Positions 1 through 6,962 of a stretch of 64,000 nucleotides of DNA are shown in pieces. The translations under genes were made by a program, and so were the position numbers. Within the stretch, counting starts at the first letter, position 1, and every line of letters starts with the position of its first letter. Below the pieces are notes generated by a model that saw only the letters and a list, made by a program, of their open reading frames with translations, was not told where the DNA came from and made no database searches. Origin of the DNA: Dehalococcoidia bacterium (GTDB taxonomy: Bacteria; Chloroflexota; Dehalococcoidia; Dehalococcoidales; Fen-1064); NCBI GenBank assembly GCA_011170375.1, contig DUEV01000013.1:6662-70661 (forward strand). Reading direction: 5' to 3'.

Positions 1-496
1 GGTTACTGGCGTACTCAGATTGCAGCAAAGGCGGACACTTCGCCAGCAGCCCCGGGTCGGTACGGAGTTCGGCAGCAAAGGCGAGGCAGGTGAGATAGCC
101 ACACTCCTTACAGTTGGTCTTGGGTAATAGCTGGTAAATATCAATCACTGTGGGAAGCTTCCACTCATCGTAACACGGCGTAATCTGGTCACGTTCCCGC
201 CAGACCTGATTGACGCGGTCGACTACCTCTTGAGAGACCTGAGGGACATCGGAAACATCTAAAATCCCTGATACTCTGATATCGGTGGAGCGAAAAGCGA
301 AGCCGCGATTGTTTTCCTCACAAATCAGAATACGGTTATCATGGTCGTAGCGGGTATTTTCAAACAGCGCATTCAGGTAAGGCAAGACGGCGCTGATGTT
401 ACGCGTCAGTGACACCTTCAGAGCGTAGAACCCGCTCCCGGGGGCACAACCGGCCTCAGCCAGCTCACAACGGTAATCTTTAATCAGTTCTTCCAT
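1..496 (-). CDS. Fe-S cluster-domain protein, partial (C-terminus lies beyond the window edge)
   Basis: Reverse-strand ORF enters from the window edge, ATG at 494-496. Translation MEELIKDYRCELAEAG... contains KTNCKECGYLTCLAFA, the Cys motif of the RnfB/CFeSP-type putative Fe-S domain. Confidence 0.55.
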   Translation of the reverse strand, partial: MEELIKDYRCELAEAGCAPGSGFYALKVSLTRNISAVLPYLNALFENTRYDHDNRILICEENNRGFAFRSTDIRVSGILDVSDVPQVSQEVVDRVNQVWRERDQITPCYDEWKLPTVIDIYQLLPKTNCKECGYLTCLAFAAELRTDPGLLAKCPPLLQSEYASN

Positions 497-540
497 CTAA
501 CCTTGATTCTACTATCCAGACAGACAGAAAATCAAGGGGG

Positions 541-610
541 ACATCATTGGAATCCCCCTTAGTCCCCCTTTTTAAAGGTACGTATACCTTTACTGTAGAG
601 GGGGAATAAG
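541..610. repeat. Intergenic palindromic repeat patch (G/C-run modules plus AAAGGTA-cgta-TACCTTT hairpin)
   Basis: Contains GGAATCCCCCTTAG and CCCCCTTTTTAAAGG, which resemble modules at 52088-52135 (CCCCCTTTTTCAAAGG, CCAAGGGGGATT in reverse). Confidence 0.4.
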
Positions 611-619
611 TTGGATAAT

Positions 620-1212
620 TTACTTGAACTCAGAATTGAACAATTTAAGCGTATTAGTAACATCCAGCACAAGTTGCTCAAGTCCTTCTATGACGGGCGT
701 TCCGTCGTTGAACGTTATCTTGATGGTAGCATAGCTATCCACATCCACCTTTTTACCAGAAATAATCACATTTTCATGACTACCATCAAGTCTAATGCCA
801 GTATAATGTCGGATAGCTGTAAGAGTTTTGTGTTTGTCGGGGTTGGAGAGAGTTTCAATGAGTTTCGTCCAATTGCATCCATTGTAAGGTTGCAACCGCT
901 CAAGCATTGCAATGTGTTCCCCTGTCAATCCCCTAAGGTGCCATTTTTGTCTCTTGAAGTCCTTTTCAGAATCTACAATGACAAATTGCGTCTTCTCTAC
1001 GACACTCTTGGAATCATAACGGGCCAACTCATAGACCAAGTAATCCAAAGCTTTTCTCAAGGATTGTATAACGTCCCCAATAATCCGTCTGGCGCGGAGG
1101 GGGGCAGGATAATTAATGGGAGCAGTGGCAGTCCCAATTCGGGTTTCCAAGCGTTTCCCTTTGATATCAACGACTCCTTTCTCGTAATTCAAGGAAACTT
1201 TGTTGGCCCTTT
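620..1212 (-). pseudogene. C-terminal fragment of a hypothetical gene split by the IS element
   Basis: The 199-aa ORF only starts at a TTG lying inside the IS left inverted repeat (1217-1219). The ANKV codons next to the IS are repeated in the N-terminal fragment at 3012-3120. AT-rich. Confidence 0.5.
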
Positions 1213-1229
1213 TACTCAATCTTGGTTGT
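1213..1229. repeat. Left terminal inverted repeat of the IS
   Basis: TACTCAATCTTGGTTGT; its reverse complement matches 2995-3011 at 16/17 positions. Confidence 0.65.
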
Positions 1230-1237
1230 GGTATAAT
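1229..1237 (+). promoter_or_regulatory. Extended -10 promoter element (TGgTATAAT) inside the IS left end
   Basis: Perfect TATAAT preceded by TGn, 21 nt upstream of the ORF1 ATG. The RBS AGAGGTG lies between them. Confidence 0.5.
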
Positions 1238-1257
1238 CCCCCCGAGAGAGGTGTCCT

Positions 1258-2028
1258 ATGACATCTCTTGATGCGAAACAAGAAGTTAGTATTAATTTAC
1301 CTTTACTAGTTGCTATATTATCTAGCGTAATAGTTTCAAGGGGGTTTGGTATGGAAGTGTGGCAATCAATATTAATAGGTGCTGCAACATTTGTAATATG
1401 TGCAGCGTTAGCGTGGTTATATAAAAGCAAGTTACAGATATGGTTTAAATCTCCTGAAAAATTATGTGGCATTCTATTTATTCAAGTCTTACCCAGTCAG
1501 ACAATAATTCATGAGGAAATACTGCGAGTTTCACCTGATAAAATGCCCAAGACTGTTAATATGCAGCTTTATTCTTCAGTTCAAAAACAGGTATCCGAGA
1601 TAACGATACGATTTGGCAAAAAAATGGGATACTGGGGAAAAGTATATGCCATTATATTAAACAGATTTAAGGAACAAATAGTGTTTACGTCACCTAGCCC
1701 TAATTGGTGGAGTGCTTTTAGGCTACCTACTGTGATACAAGATGATAAGACCCCACGAATTAGACGTATTATGGAAACGCATACAGGAACTGAGATTGGG
1801 ATAATGAGTGGTGTTGATAGTGATGGCAATGGGCATATTAGATTTGATGAACCTATAAAGATACCTAGAGGTAAGCCATTTGGTGCTGATGCAATCCAAA
1901 TTGATATTGAGATACTGGCAGAGAATGAATGGAACGGTGTGTTGGAATTAGTAGGCAACGTAGATGGTGTAACCCAATTTGCAATAAGAAGAGTTAAAGT
2001 TTCAAGAGAGCATGGAATAAAACGATGA
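1258..2028 (+). CDS. IS-borne hypothetical membrane-anchored protein (256 aa)
   Basis: ATG preceded by GAGAGAGGTG. Two predicted N-terminal hydrophobic helices (LPLLVAILSSVIVSRGF, ILIGAATFVICAALAWLY). The stop overlaps the transposase start (ATGA at 2025-2028). I recognised no family. Confidence 0.6.
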   Translation: MTSLDAKQEVSINLPLLVAILSSVIVSRGFGMEVWQSILIGAATFVICAALAWLYKSKLQIWFKSPEKLCGILFIQVLPSQTIIHEEILRVSPDKMPKTVNMQLYSSVQKQVSEITIRFGKKMGYWGKVYAIILNRFKEQIVFTSPSPNWWSAFRLPTVIQDDKTPRIRRIMETHTGTEIGIMSGVDSDGNGHIRFDEPIKIPRGKPFGADAIQIDIEILAENEWNGVLELVGNVDGVTQFAIRRVKVSREHGIKR

Positions 2029-2984
2029 CTGAAATTAAGTGCAAATACTGTGATTCCAAAAACGTAATCAAGTACGGCAAATACAAAGACGTGCAGTACT
2101 ACTACTGCAAGGACTGCAAGCGCAAATTCGCTGGCACTGGCAGAATACCCAAGATGCAGTATTCAACGGATAAGGTTGCTGATGCCCTCAACATGTACTA
2201 TGAAGGCATGAGTCTGAAAGAAATCAGACGTAATTTCATACAACAGCACAACGACTATATCTCTGATGTATCACCGCTAAACTGGGCTAACCGATTTTCA
2301 AAGCTGGCTATCATAGAAGCCAATAAGTACAGGCCAAATGTAGGCTCAGTTTGGGTAGCCGATGAGACTGTGATAGATATAGACGGCAAGAACATCTGGT
2401 TCTGGGACATCATAGATACCAAGACTAGATTCCTGATTGCATCTCATATGTCGTATACCCGTACTGCCAAAGACGCACAACAGTTAATGAGGCAGGCTTA
2501 CGAGCGAACGGGTAAAATACCCCGCCTGATTTACACAGACAAGCTTAGGGCTTATCTTGACGGCATAGAGCTAACCTTTGGTGCGGACACGAATCACAGG
2601 CAGGGCGGGCCATTTGATATTGAATGTAACACAAACCTCATAGAGCGTTTTCATGGAACTATCAAGTCGAGAACTAAGGTAATGCGGGGGCTTCACACAA
2701 TAGAGTCTGCTAGGCTGTTTATGGACGGCTGGCTGGTACACTACAACTTTTTCAGACCTCATATGTCCCTCAGAGACATGACGCCCGCACAGGCTGCGGG
2801 TATTAAGTTCCCGTTCCGCAACTGGAAAGACGTGATAGAGCAACCTTATGAGAGAACGTCTAGGATACCTGTTATACGTAAGGCAGGCAGGATAGCCAAG
2901 CCAAAACGGGCGAGAATAACCAAGCGCAGACCACGAATCTCGCCCCAACCAACGGCAATTTCCCAGATTAGAGGGATGAAATAA
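2025..2984 (+). CDS. IS6-family (IS240-type DDE) transposase with N-terminal zinc ribbon
   Basis: CKYCDS...CKDCKRKF zinc ribbon. DDE-region motifs WVADETVIDIDGKNIWFWDIID, IYTDKLRAY and NTNLIERFHGTIKSRTK match the IS6 pattern W-DET-G...D / TDK-Y / N-N-IER-H-K-R. Confidence 0.7.
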   Translation: MTEIKCKYCDSKNVIKYGKYKDVQYYYCKDCKRKFAGTGRIPKMQYSTDKVADALNMYYEGMSLKEIRRNFIQQHNDYISDVSPLNWANRFSKLAIIEANKYRPNVGSVWVADETVIDIDGKNIWFWDIIDTKTRFLIASHMSYTRTAKDAQQLMRQAYERTGKIPRLIYTDKLRAYLDGIELTFGADTNHRQGGPFDIECNTNLIERFHGTIKSRTKVMRGLHTIESARLFMDGWLVHYNFFRPHMSLRDMTPAQAAGIKFPFRNWKDVIEQPYERTSRIPVIRKAGRIAKPKRARITKRRPRISPQPTAISQIRGMK

Positions 2985-2994
2985 TGTCCTCAAA

Positions 2995-3011
2995 ACAACC
3001 AAGATTCAGTA
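2995..3011. repeat. Right terminal inverted repeat of the IS
   Basis: ACAACCAAGATTCAGTA, the inverted copy of 1213-1229. Confidence 0.65.
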
Positions 3012-3120
3012 GAACCTTGTTGGCTATCATTTTAGCGAAAGCTTCAATCTCAGGTCTGAGAGCATCCAAGTGTTCCCTTGCCCCACTAATTTGCTCATAA
3101 GCGCCATCCAAAGGTTGCAT
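3012..3120 (-). pseudogene. N-terminal fragment (36 codons) of the IS-split hypothetical gene
   Basis: ATG at 3118-3120 gives MQPLDGAYEQISGAREHLDALRPEIEAFAKMIANKV. It then reads into the IS right repeat and stops at 2968. Below the ORF-track size cutoff. Confidence 0.45.
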
Positions 3121-3238
3121 ATGCTACACTATCCTTACGAAGGAGAAAAAAATCGCAAAAAGCTCCGAATATTTATGTTATCTAAATATTTCACCTTTTA
3201 AATGCACTGTCAAGTTATTCAGTATTTTATGGACGTTT

Positions 3239-3317
3239 AAGAGGGGCGTAGCCCCTCTTTCTTATTATTCCCCCTTCCCCAGTGGGGAAGGGGGACACAG
3301 GGGGATGGGGCCTCCAC
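3239..3317. repeat. Mosaic intergenic palindromic repeat (modules C, B, A)
   Basis: AAGAGGGGCgtaGCCCCTCTT (3239-3259), CCCCCTTCCCCagtGGGGAAGGGGG (3270-3294) and CAGGGGGATGGGGCCTCCAC (3298-3317). The same modules occur at 6731-6869 and 48612-48688. Confidence 0.75.
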
Positions 3318-3383
3318 TGGTGAAAATGAGGTAATTAACAGAATTTCCAGAGTACCACTAATTTGCGAATGGCTCCTGGAGGC

Positions 3384-3412
3384 TTGACTGGCTCTATTCG
3401 AAGGATTAAACT
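3384..3412 (+). promoter_or_regulatory. Sigma70-type promoter of the zinc-ribbon gene
   Basis: TTGACT (3384-3389), 17-nt spacer, TAAACT (3407-3412). GGAGAGAG RBS before the ATG at 3430. Confidence 0.5.
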
Positions 3413-3429
3413 GATGATGGAGAGAGAAA

Positions 3430-3660
3430 ATGCCGATATATGAGTACGTTTGCACCGATTGTGACCACAAGTTTGAGTTGATTCGTCCCATGAGTCAGTT
3501 TTCTGAGGCAGCTTCCTGCCCCAACTGTAACAAGCCGGCTGAGCGGATACTTTCCCGATTCGCCTGTTTTACCACGGATGACAGCGGGATGCCGATGTCT
3601 CTGGCAGGGAACTCCTGCGACGGTTGCAGTGCTGATGATTGCAGTTCCTGCAATATGTAG
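3430..3660 (+). CDS. FmdB-family zinc-ribbon protein (CxxC_CxxC_SSSS type)
   Basis: MPIYEYVCTDCDHKFELIRPMS...CPNCN is the canonical FmdB/putative-regulatory zinc-ribbon N-terminus. Cys-rich tail. Confidence 0.8.
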   Translation: MPIYEYVCTDCDHKFELIRPMSQFSEAASCPNCNKPAERILSRFACFTTDDSGMPMSLAGNSCDGCSADDCSSCNM

Positions 3661-3721
3661 TTTCGTGGCGGCAGGTGATTTTGATAGGTACCAGGCAAAC
3701 TGGTGTGGGCTATGTTAGTGA

Positions 3722-3750
3722 GGTGCTCGTTATCGGGCACCTTTTAAATT
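3722..3750 (+). terminator. Rho-independent terminator after the zinc-ribbon gene
   Basis: GGTGCTCG-ttat-CGGGCACC forms an 8-bp stem (one G-U pair) followed by TTTTAAATTT. Confidence 0.6.
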
Positions 3751-3785
3751 TGCACAAAGGTCATCGGAATGACTTCCCCTGAGGT

Positions 3786-4874
3786 GTGCAGTTGCAGTCG
3801 AGACGGACGGGAATCGCCAACCTGCCCCTTCATCATGGCAGGGCACCGCGCTGGCTGTTTGAACGCATGACCAGACTGGCCCGTGAGATTACGATTGCTA
3901 TCGTCGCCGAGTACGGCCCCGATGAGGTACTGCGAAGGCTATCACACCCCTACTGGTTTCAGGCCTTCGGCTGTGTGCTCGGCTTCGACTGGCACTCCAG
4001 TGGTGTTACCACCACACTCTGCGGGGCCATGAAAGAAGGCGTGAAGGGAATCGAGCGGGAACTGGGACTGTTTGTCGCCGGTGGCAAGGGGGCTACCTCC
4101 CGGCGGACGCCGTCGGAGATAGAGGGGTGGGGTGAGCGGCTCTCGCTGGAACCGGCCCCGCTGGTGTATGCCAGCCGTATTTCCGCCAAGGTGGACAACT
4201 CCGCTGTCCAGGACGGATACCAGCTATACCACCACACCTTCCTCTTCACGGCCAGGGGTTCTTGGGCGGTTGTTCAGCAGGGCATGAACGACTCCAACCG
4301 CTATGCCCGCCGTTACCACTGGTTGGGGGAGGCGGTCACTGACTTTGTCAATGAGCCTCACTCGGCGATTGCCTCTCAGGCGCGGGGCACCACTTTAAAC
4401 CTGGTGGCCGGGGAGAGCGAACCAGCCCGCAGTACTGTCAGTGAGATAGCCGTCAGCGAAAAGCCGGAAGCAATAGTAACTGACCTCAAAAAGCTGAAGA
4501 CTCTAAGCCTGCCCGCCCATCACCCGATTGGAATCGGCGACCTTCACCCCGAAAGCATTAACAGGATTCTACTCAGCATTTACGAAAAACAGCCGCAGGG
4601 ATTCGAGCAGTTACTTGGCCTGCAGGGGGTGGGTGCCAAGACCCTGCGTGCTCTGACCCTTATTGCCGAGCTTGTCCACGGCGTAGCCCCCAGCTACCAG
4701 GACCCGGCCCGTTACAGCTTTGCCCACGGCGGCAAGGACGGCCACCCCTATCCGGTCGACAAAGAGACCTACGATAAATCGATTGAGTTGCTGGCCAAAT
4801 CGGTCAACCGGGCCAGGCTGGGGCTCAGCGAGAAGCGGGAGGCGCTGGACAGGCTGGGAGGAATGCGGCGATAG
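3786..4874 (+). CDS. DUF763 domain protein
   Basis: The N-terminus LPLHHGRAPRWLFERMTRLAREI is typical of DUF763. An internal helix-hairpin-helix-like motif LLGLQGVGAKTLRAL is present. The start is GTG at 3786, or TTG at 3792 with GAGGTG upstream. Confidence 0.6.
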   Translation: MQLQSRRTGIANLPLHHGRAPRWLFERMTRLAREITIAIVAEYGPDEVLRRLSHPYWFQAFGCVLGFDWHSSGVTTTLCGAMKEGVKGIERELGLFVAGGKGATSRRTPSEIEGWGERLSLEPAPLVYASRISAKVDNSAVQDGYQLYHHTFLFTARGSWAVVQQGMNDSNRYARRYHWLGEAVTDFVNEPHSAIASQARGTTLNLVAGESEPARSTVSEIAVSEKPEAIVTDLKKLKTLSLPAHHPIGIGDLHPESINRILLSIYEKQPQGFEQLLGLQGVGAKTLRALTLIAELVHGVAPSYQDPARYSFAHGGKDGHPYPVDKETYDKSIELLAKSVNRARLGLSEKREALDRLGGMRR

Positions 4875-5396
4875 CTAAGCCCGGTAGTGGGTGTAGTCTG
4901 GGGGCCGGTCTTTAAGAAAGCCGGTTATCCTGGTTGCGTTCTTCGTGCCGCAGCGGTAGCAGGTCTGAGCATACCAGTCCAGCGAGACACCGCAGAACTG
5001 GCAGCGTATCCGCTCGTATTCCTCCTGGCACCACTCGTAGATGCCTATCTTCTGCTGGCGGCAGATGTTTTTTAGACCATCACTATAGTGTGGTACACCG
5101 CAATTACAGTGCTCGATAATTAGATTGCAGGGGAAATCCGGGCAGTCGGAACAGCGAGAGACCCCCGGCTTACTGGCGGCACATTGTGCGACCTCGCACC
5201 GCTCGAACGCTATGCTGGAGCGTCCTTCATGCAGGCAGCCTTCACAGGTGACCAGTTCTACAGGGACATTTAGTTGCTCACTCAGCCGCTGTAGAACCCT
5301 CTCCGAATTCTTTCGGTCGATATCATGGCGGGCGCGATATATGCGACAGGAACCACAATATGTTCCACAGACAGCAGCTAGATGTTCGCCTTCCAT
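4875..5396 (-). CDS. DUF3795 domain protein (Cys-rich)
   Basis: CGTYCGSCRIY plus multiple CxxC motifs. I chose the start at ATG 5394-5396 (MEGEHL...) because AAGGTGA lies 8 nt upstream. The ORF-track start at 5435 lacks an RBS. Confidence 0.6.
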   Translation of the reverse strand: MEGEHLAAVCGTYCGSCRIYRARHDIDRKNSERVLQRLSEQLNVPVELVTCEGCLHEGRSSIAFERCEVAQCAASKPGVSRCSDCPDFPCNLIIEHCNCGVPHYSDGLKNICRQQKIGIYEWCQEEYERIRCQFCGVSLDWYAQTCYRCGTKNATRITGFLKDRPPDYTHYRA

Positions 5397-5471
5397 AGTT
5401 GCTTCACCTTTCTCAGGACAGGTGCATACACGCAAGCTAACTATGATGATATAGCTTTGCAGTCCTGCATG

Positions 5472-5936
5472 TCAAGGCAGGTTGTCGGTAGACTGGCGAC
5501 CCGGATAGTAATTCAGGTGCTTGCCTAGGTCTTTCCAGCCGTGACGCATATAGACGGGGTAGCCAAGTTCACTGGGGCGGTTTACCTGAAGCTCGTAGCT
5601 ACCCTTTTCGGTAGCCTTGTTGATAGCCGCCTCAAGGAGTTTGCCCCCCACCCCTTTGCCCCGCGCCTGCTCGGTGACAATGAACTCCTCGATACAGGAA
5701 TAGAGGCCACCGCAGCGTATCGCCACCGGGTAGGATAGAGTCAGTAGCCCGAGCATCTGGCCATCCTCCTCGGCGACCAGAATGGTACCTGTTTCCTCCT
5801 CAATTACCTGCCTGAAGGTCTCGATACTGCTCGGCTGGTTAATGGGGCTCTCCATATTTGCCGAGGTCATCAGCTGCCGCAGCAGGTCGAAGACTTCTTC
5901 CTGGTCCTCAACTTTCGCTTCACGGATATTGACCAT
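5472..5936 (-). CDS. GNAT family N-acetyltransferase
   Basis: Acetyl-CoA binding motif QARGKGVGGKLLEAAI and the overall size of a GNAT fold. Confidence 0.8.
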   Translation of the reverse strand: MVNIREAKVEDQEEVFDLLRQLMTSANMESPINQPSSIETFRQVIEEETGTILVAEEDGQMLGLLTLSYPVAIRCGGLYSCIEEFIVTEQARGKGVGGKLLEAAINKATEKGSYELQVNRPSELGYPVYMRHGWKDLGKHLNYYPGRQSTDNLP

Positions 5937-6666
5937 CGTTCGTTATCTCTCCATTCTCTGTATTCGCCAAGGAATCCAATTGCGGGGGTGCAGATCTTCT
6001 CTTTGTAAAGAGATACCCGCCAGCTACTCCGCTCAGTATGACGGCAGCACCAGCGGTCGCCGCGGCGCAGTAGATAGCGGTGTTGTACCAGAAATCGTGC
6101 GGGAAAAGGAGCACCATATAGCCTTCAGTCGACCAGAACTCGTTGGAGAAGCTGAGGAGATGGAATTTCAGGAAAAGCTGGTCAAAGTCAAGCAGTGTCC
6201 CCACCCCGAGGGCCAGCATCAGGACCAGTGTGATGCCACCGCCAACAAGGGTTGCCCAGGCAAGACCCCGCCAGTACTGGGGACGTCTCCACAGCAGACT
6301 GACGGCGGCATAGCCGACTACAAATATACCCGTCCCCAGCAGCACGTAGAAGTCAAGCCGGAACAGCCCCTTGACATCGCAGAAGTGGATGATTTCCTCC
6401 TCGGTGAACAGCTCAAAAGACTGGCCATCCTTGTTCGCTGTAATGTTGACGTACTCTTCGGGTGAGTTGAAATAGTCAATCAGCTCGGTAGCTATCCGCT
6501 CCAGCTCGACCTCACTAAGACCGGTGTTCTGGCTGACATCATACCGCTCAAAGCCGGAGGTATAGAGCCAATGGCTGTTGGCCCACCACCAGATGCTGCC
6601 GGTCAGCAGCAGAAAGGGCAGACAGAGCACGAAGAGCCACCTGGCGGTAACACCCAGAATCTTCAA
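5920..6666 (-). CDS. TIGR01906/DUF1461-like integral membrane protein
   Basis: N-terminal TM segment, an extracytoplasmic segment with YDVSQNTGLS...ELIDYFNS...LFTEEEIIHFCDVK, then three C-terminal TM helices. Overlaps the downstream GNAT gene by 17 nt. Confidence 0.55.
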   Translation of the reverse strand: MKILGVTARWLFVLCLPFLLLTGSIWWWANSHWLYTSGFERYDVSQNTGLSEVELERIATELIDYFNSPEEYVNITANKDGQSFELFTEEEIIHFCDVKGLFRLDFYVLLGTGIFVVGYAAVSLLWRRPQYWRGLAWATLVGGGITLVLMLALGVGTLLDFDQLFLKFHLLSFSNEFWSTEGYMVLLFPHDFWYNTAIYCAAATAGAAVILSGVAGGYLFTKRRSAPPQLDSLANTENGEITNDGQYP

Positions 6667-6730
6667 TCCAACCTCCCCTGAGATTGTACACTGTCAGCAT
6701 TGTTATTGTCATGGTTACGACCTTTCGTCA

Positions 6731-6869
6731 GTGGAGGCCCCATCCCCCTGCCCGCTCGCCTTCGCTGAAGCTTTAGCGCAAGCAGGCCGTCCCTCCGGGA
6801 CTATGGCAGGCGGGCCTGTATCCCCTTCCCCAGAGGGGAAGGGGAAGATATAGTAAGAGGGGCTTCGCC
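6731..6869. repeat. Mosaic intergenic palindromic repeat (modules A, D, B, truncated C)
   Basis: GTGGAGGCCCCATCCCCCTG (6731-6750), GCCTTCGCTGAAGCTTTAGCGCAAGCAGGC (6758-6787), CCCCTTCCCCagaGGGGAAGGGG (6822-6844) and TAAGAGGGGCTTCGCC (6854-6869). Confidence 0.75.
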
Positions 6870-6962
6870 GTTGCTACTCCGCAATCTTTTTACTTGAACC
6901 AGTCAACCCTCCCGAAATCTTTAGCATAATAGTGTCACTCTGGTAATCTCATGACTAACTCA

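Larger units (their letters stand above)
1213..3011 (+). mobile_element. IS6-family-like insertion sequence (about 1.8 kb) carrying two ORFs
   Basis: Terminal inverted repeats TACTCAATCTTGGTTGT (1213-1229) and ACAACCAAGATTCAGTA (2995-3011), 16/17 complementary. They enclose an internal promoter, ORF1 and a DDE transposase. Flanked by the imperfect direct repeat AAC[T/C]TTGTTGGC (1196-1207 and 3013-3024, 11/12). Lower GC than the flanks. Confidence 0.65.

Noticed and set aside
611-1261. 216-aa plus-strand ORF covering the same DNA as the minus-strand ORF at 620-1219
   Set aside because: It is an antisense shadow ORF. It starts at a TTG, has no RBS, runs across the IS left inverted repeat, and its sequence has no family-like motifs. 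The minus-strand reading is supported by continuity with the fragment at 3012-3120.
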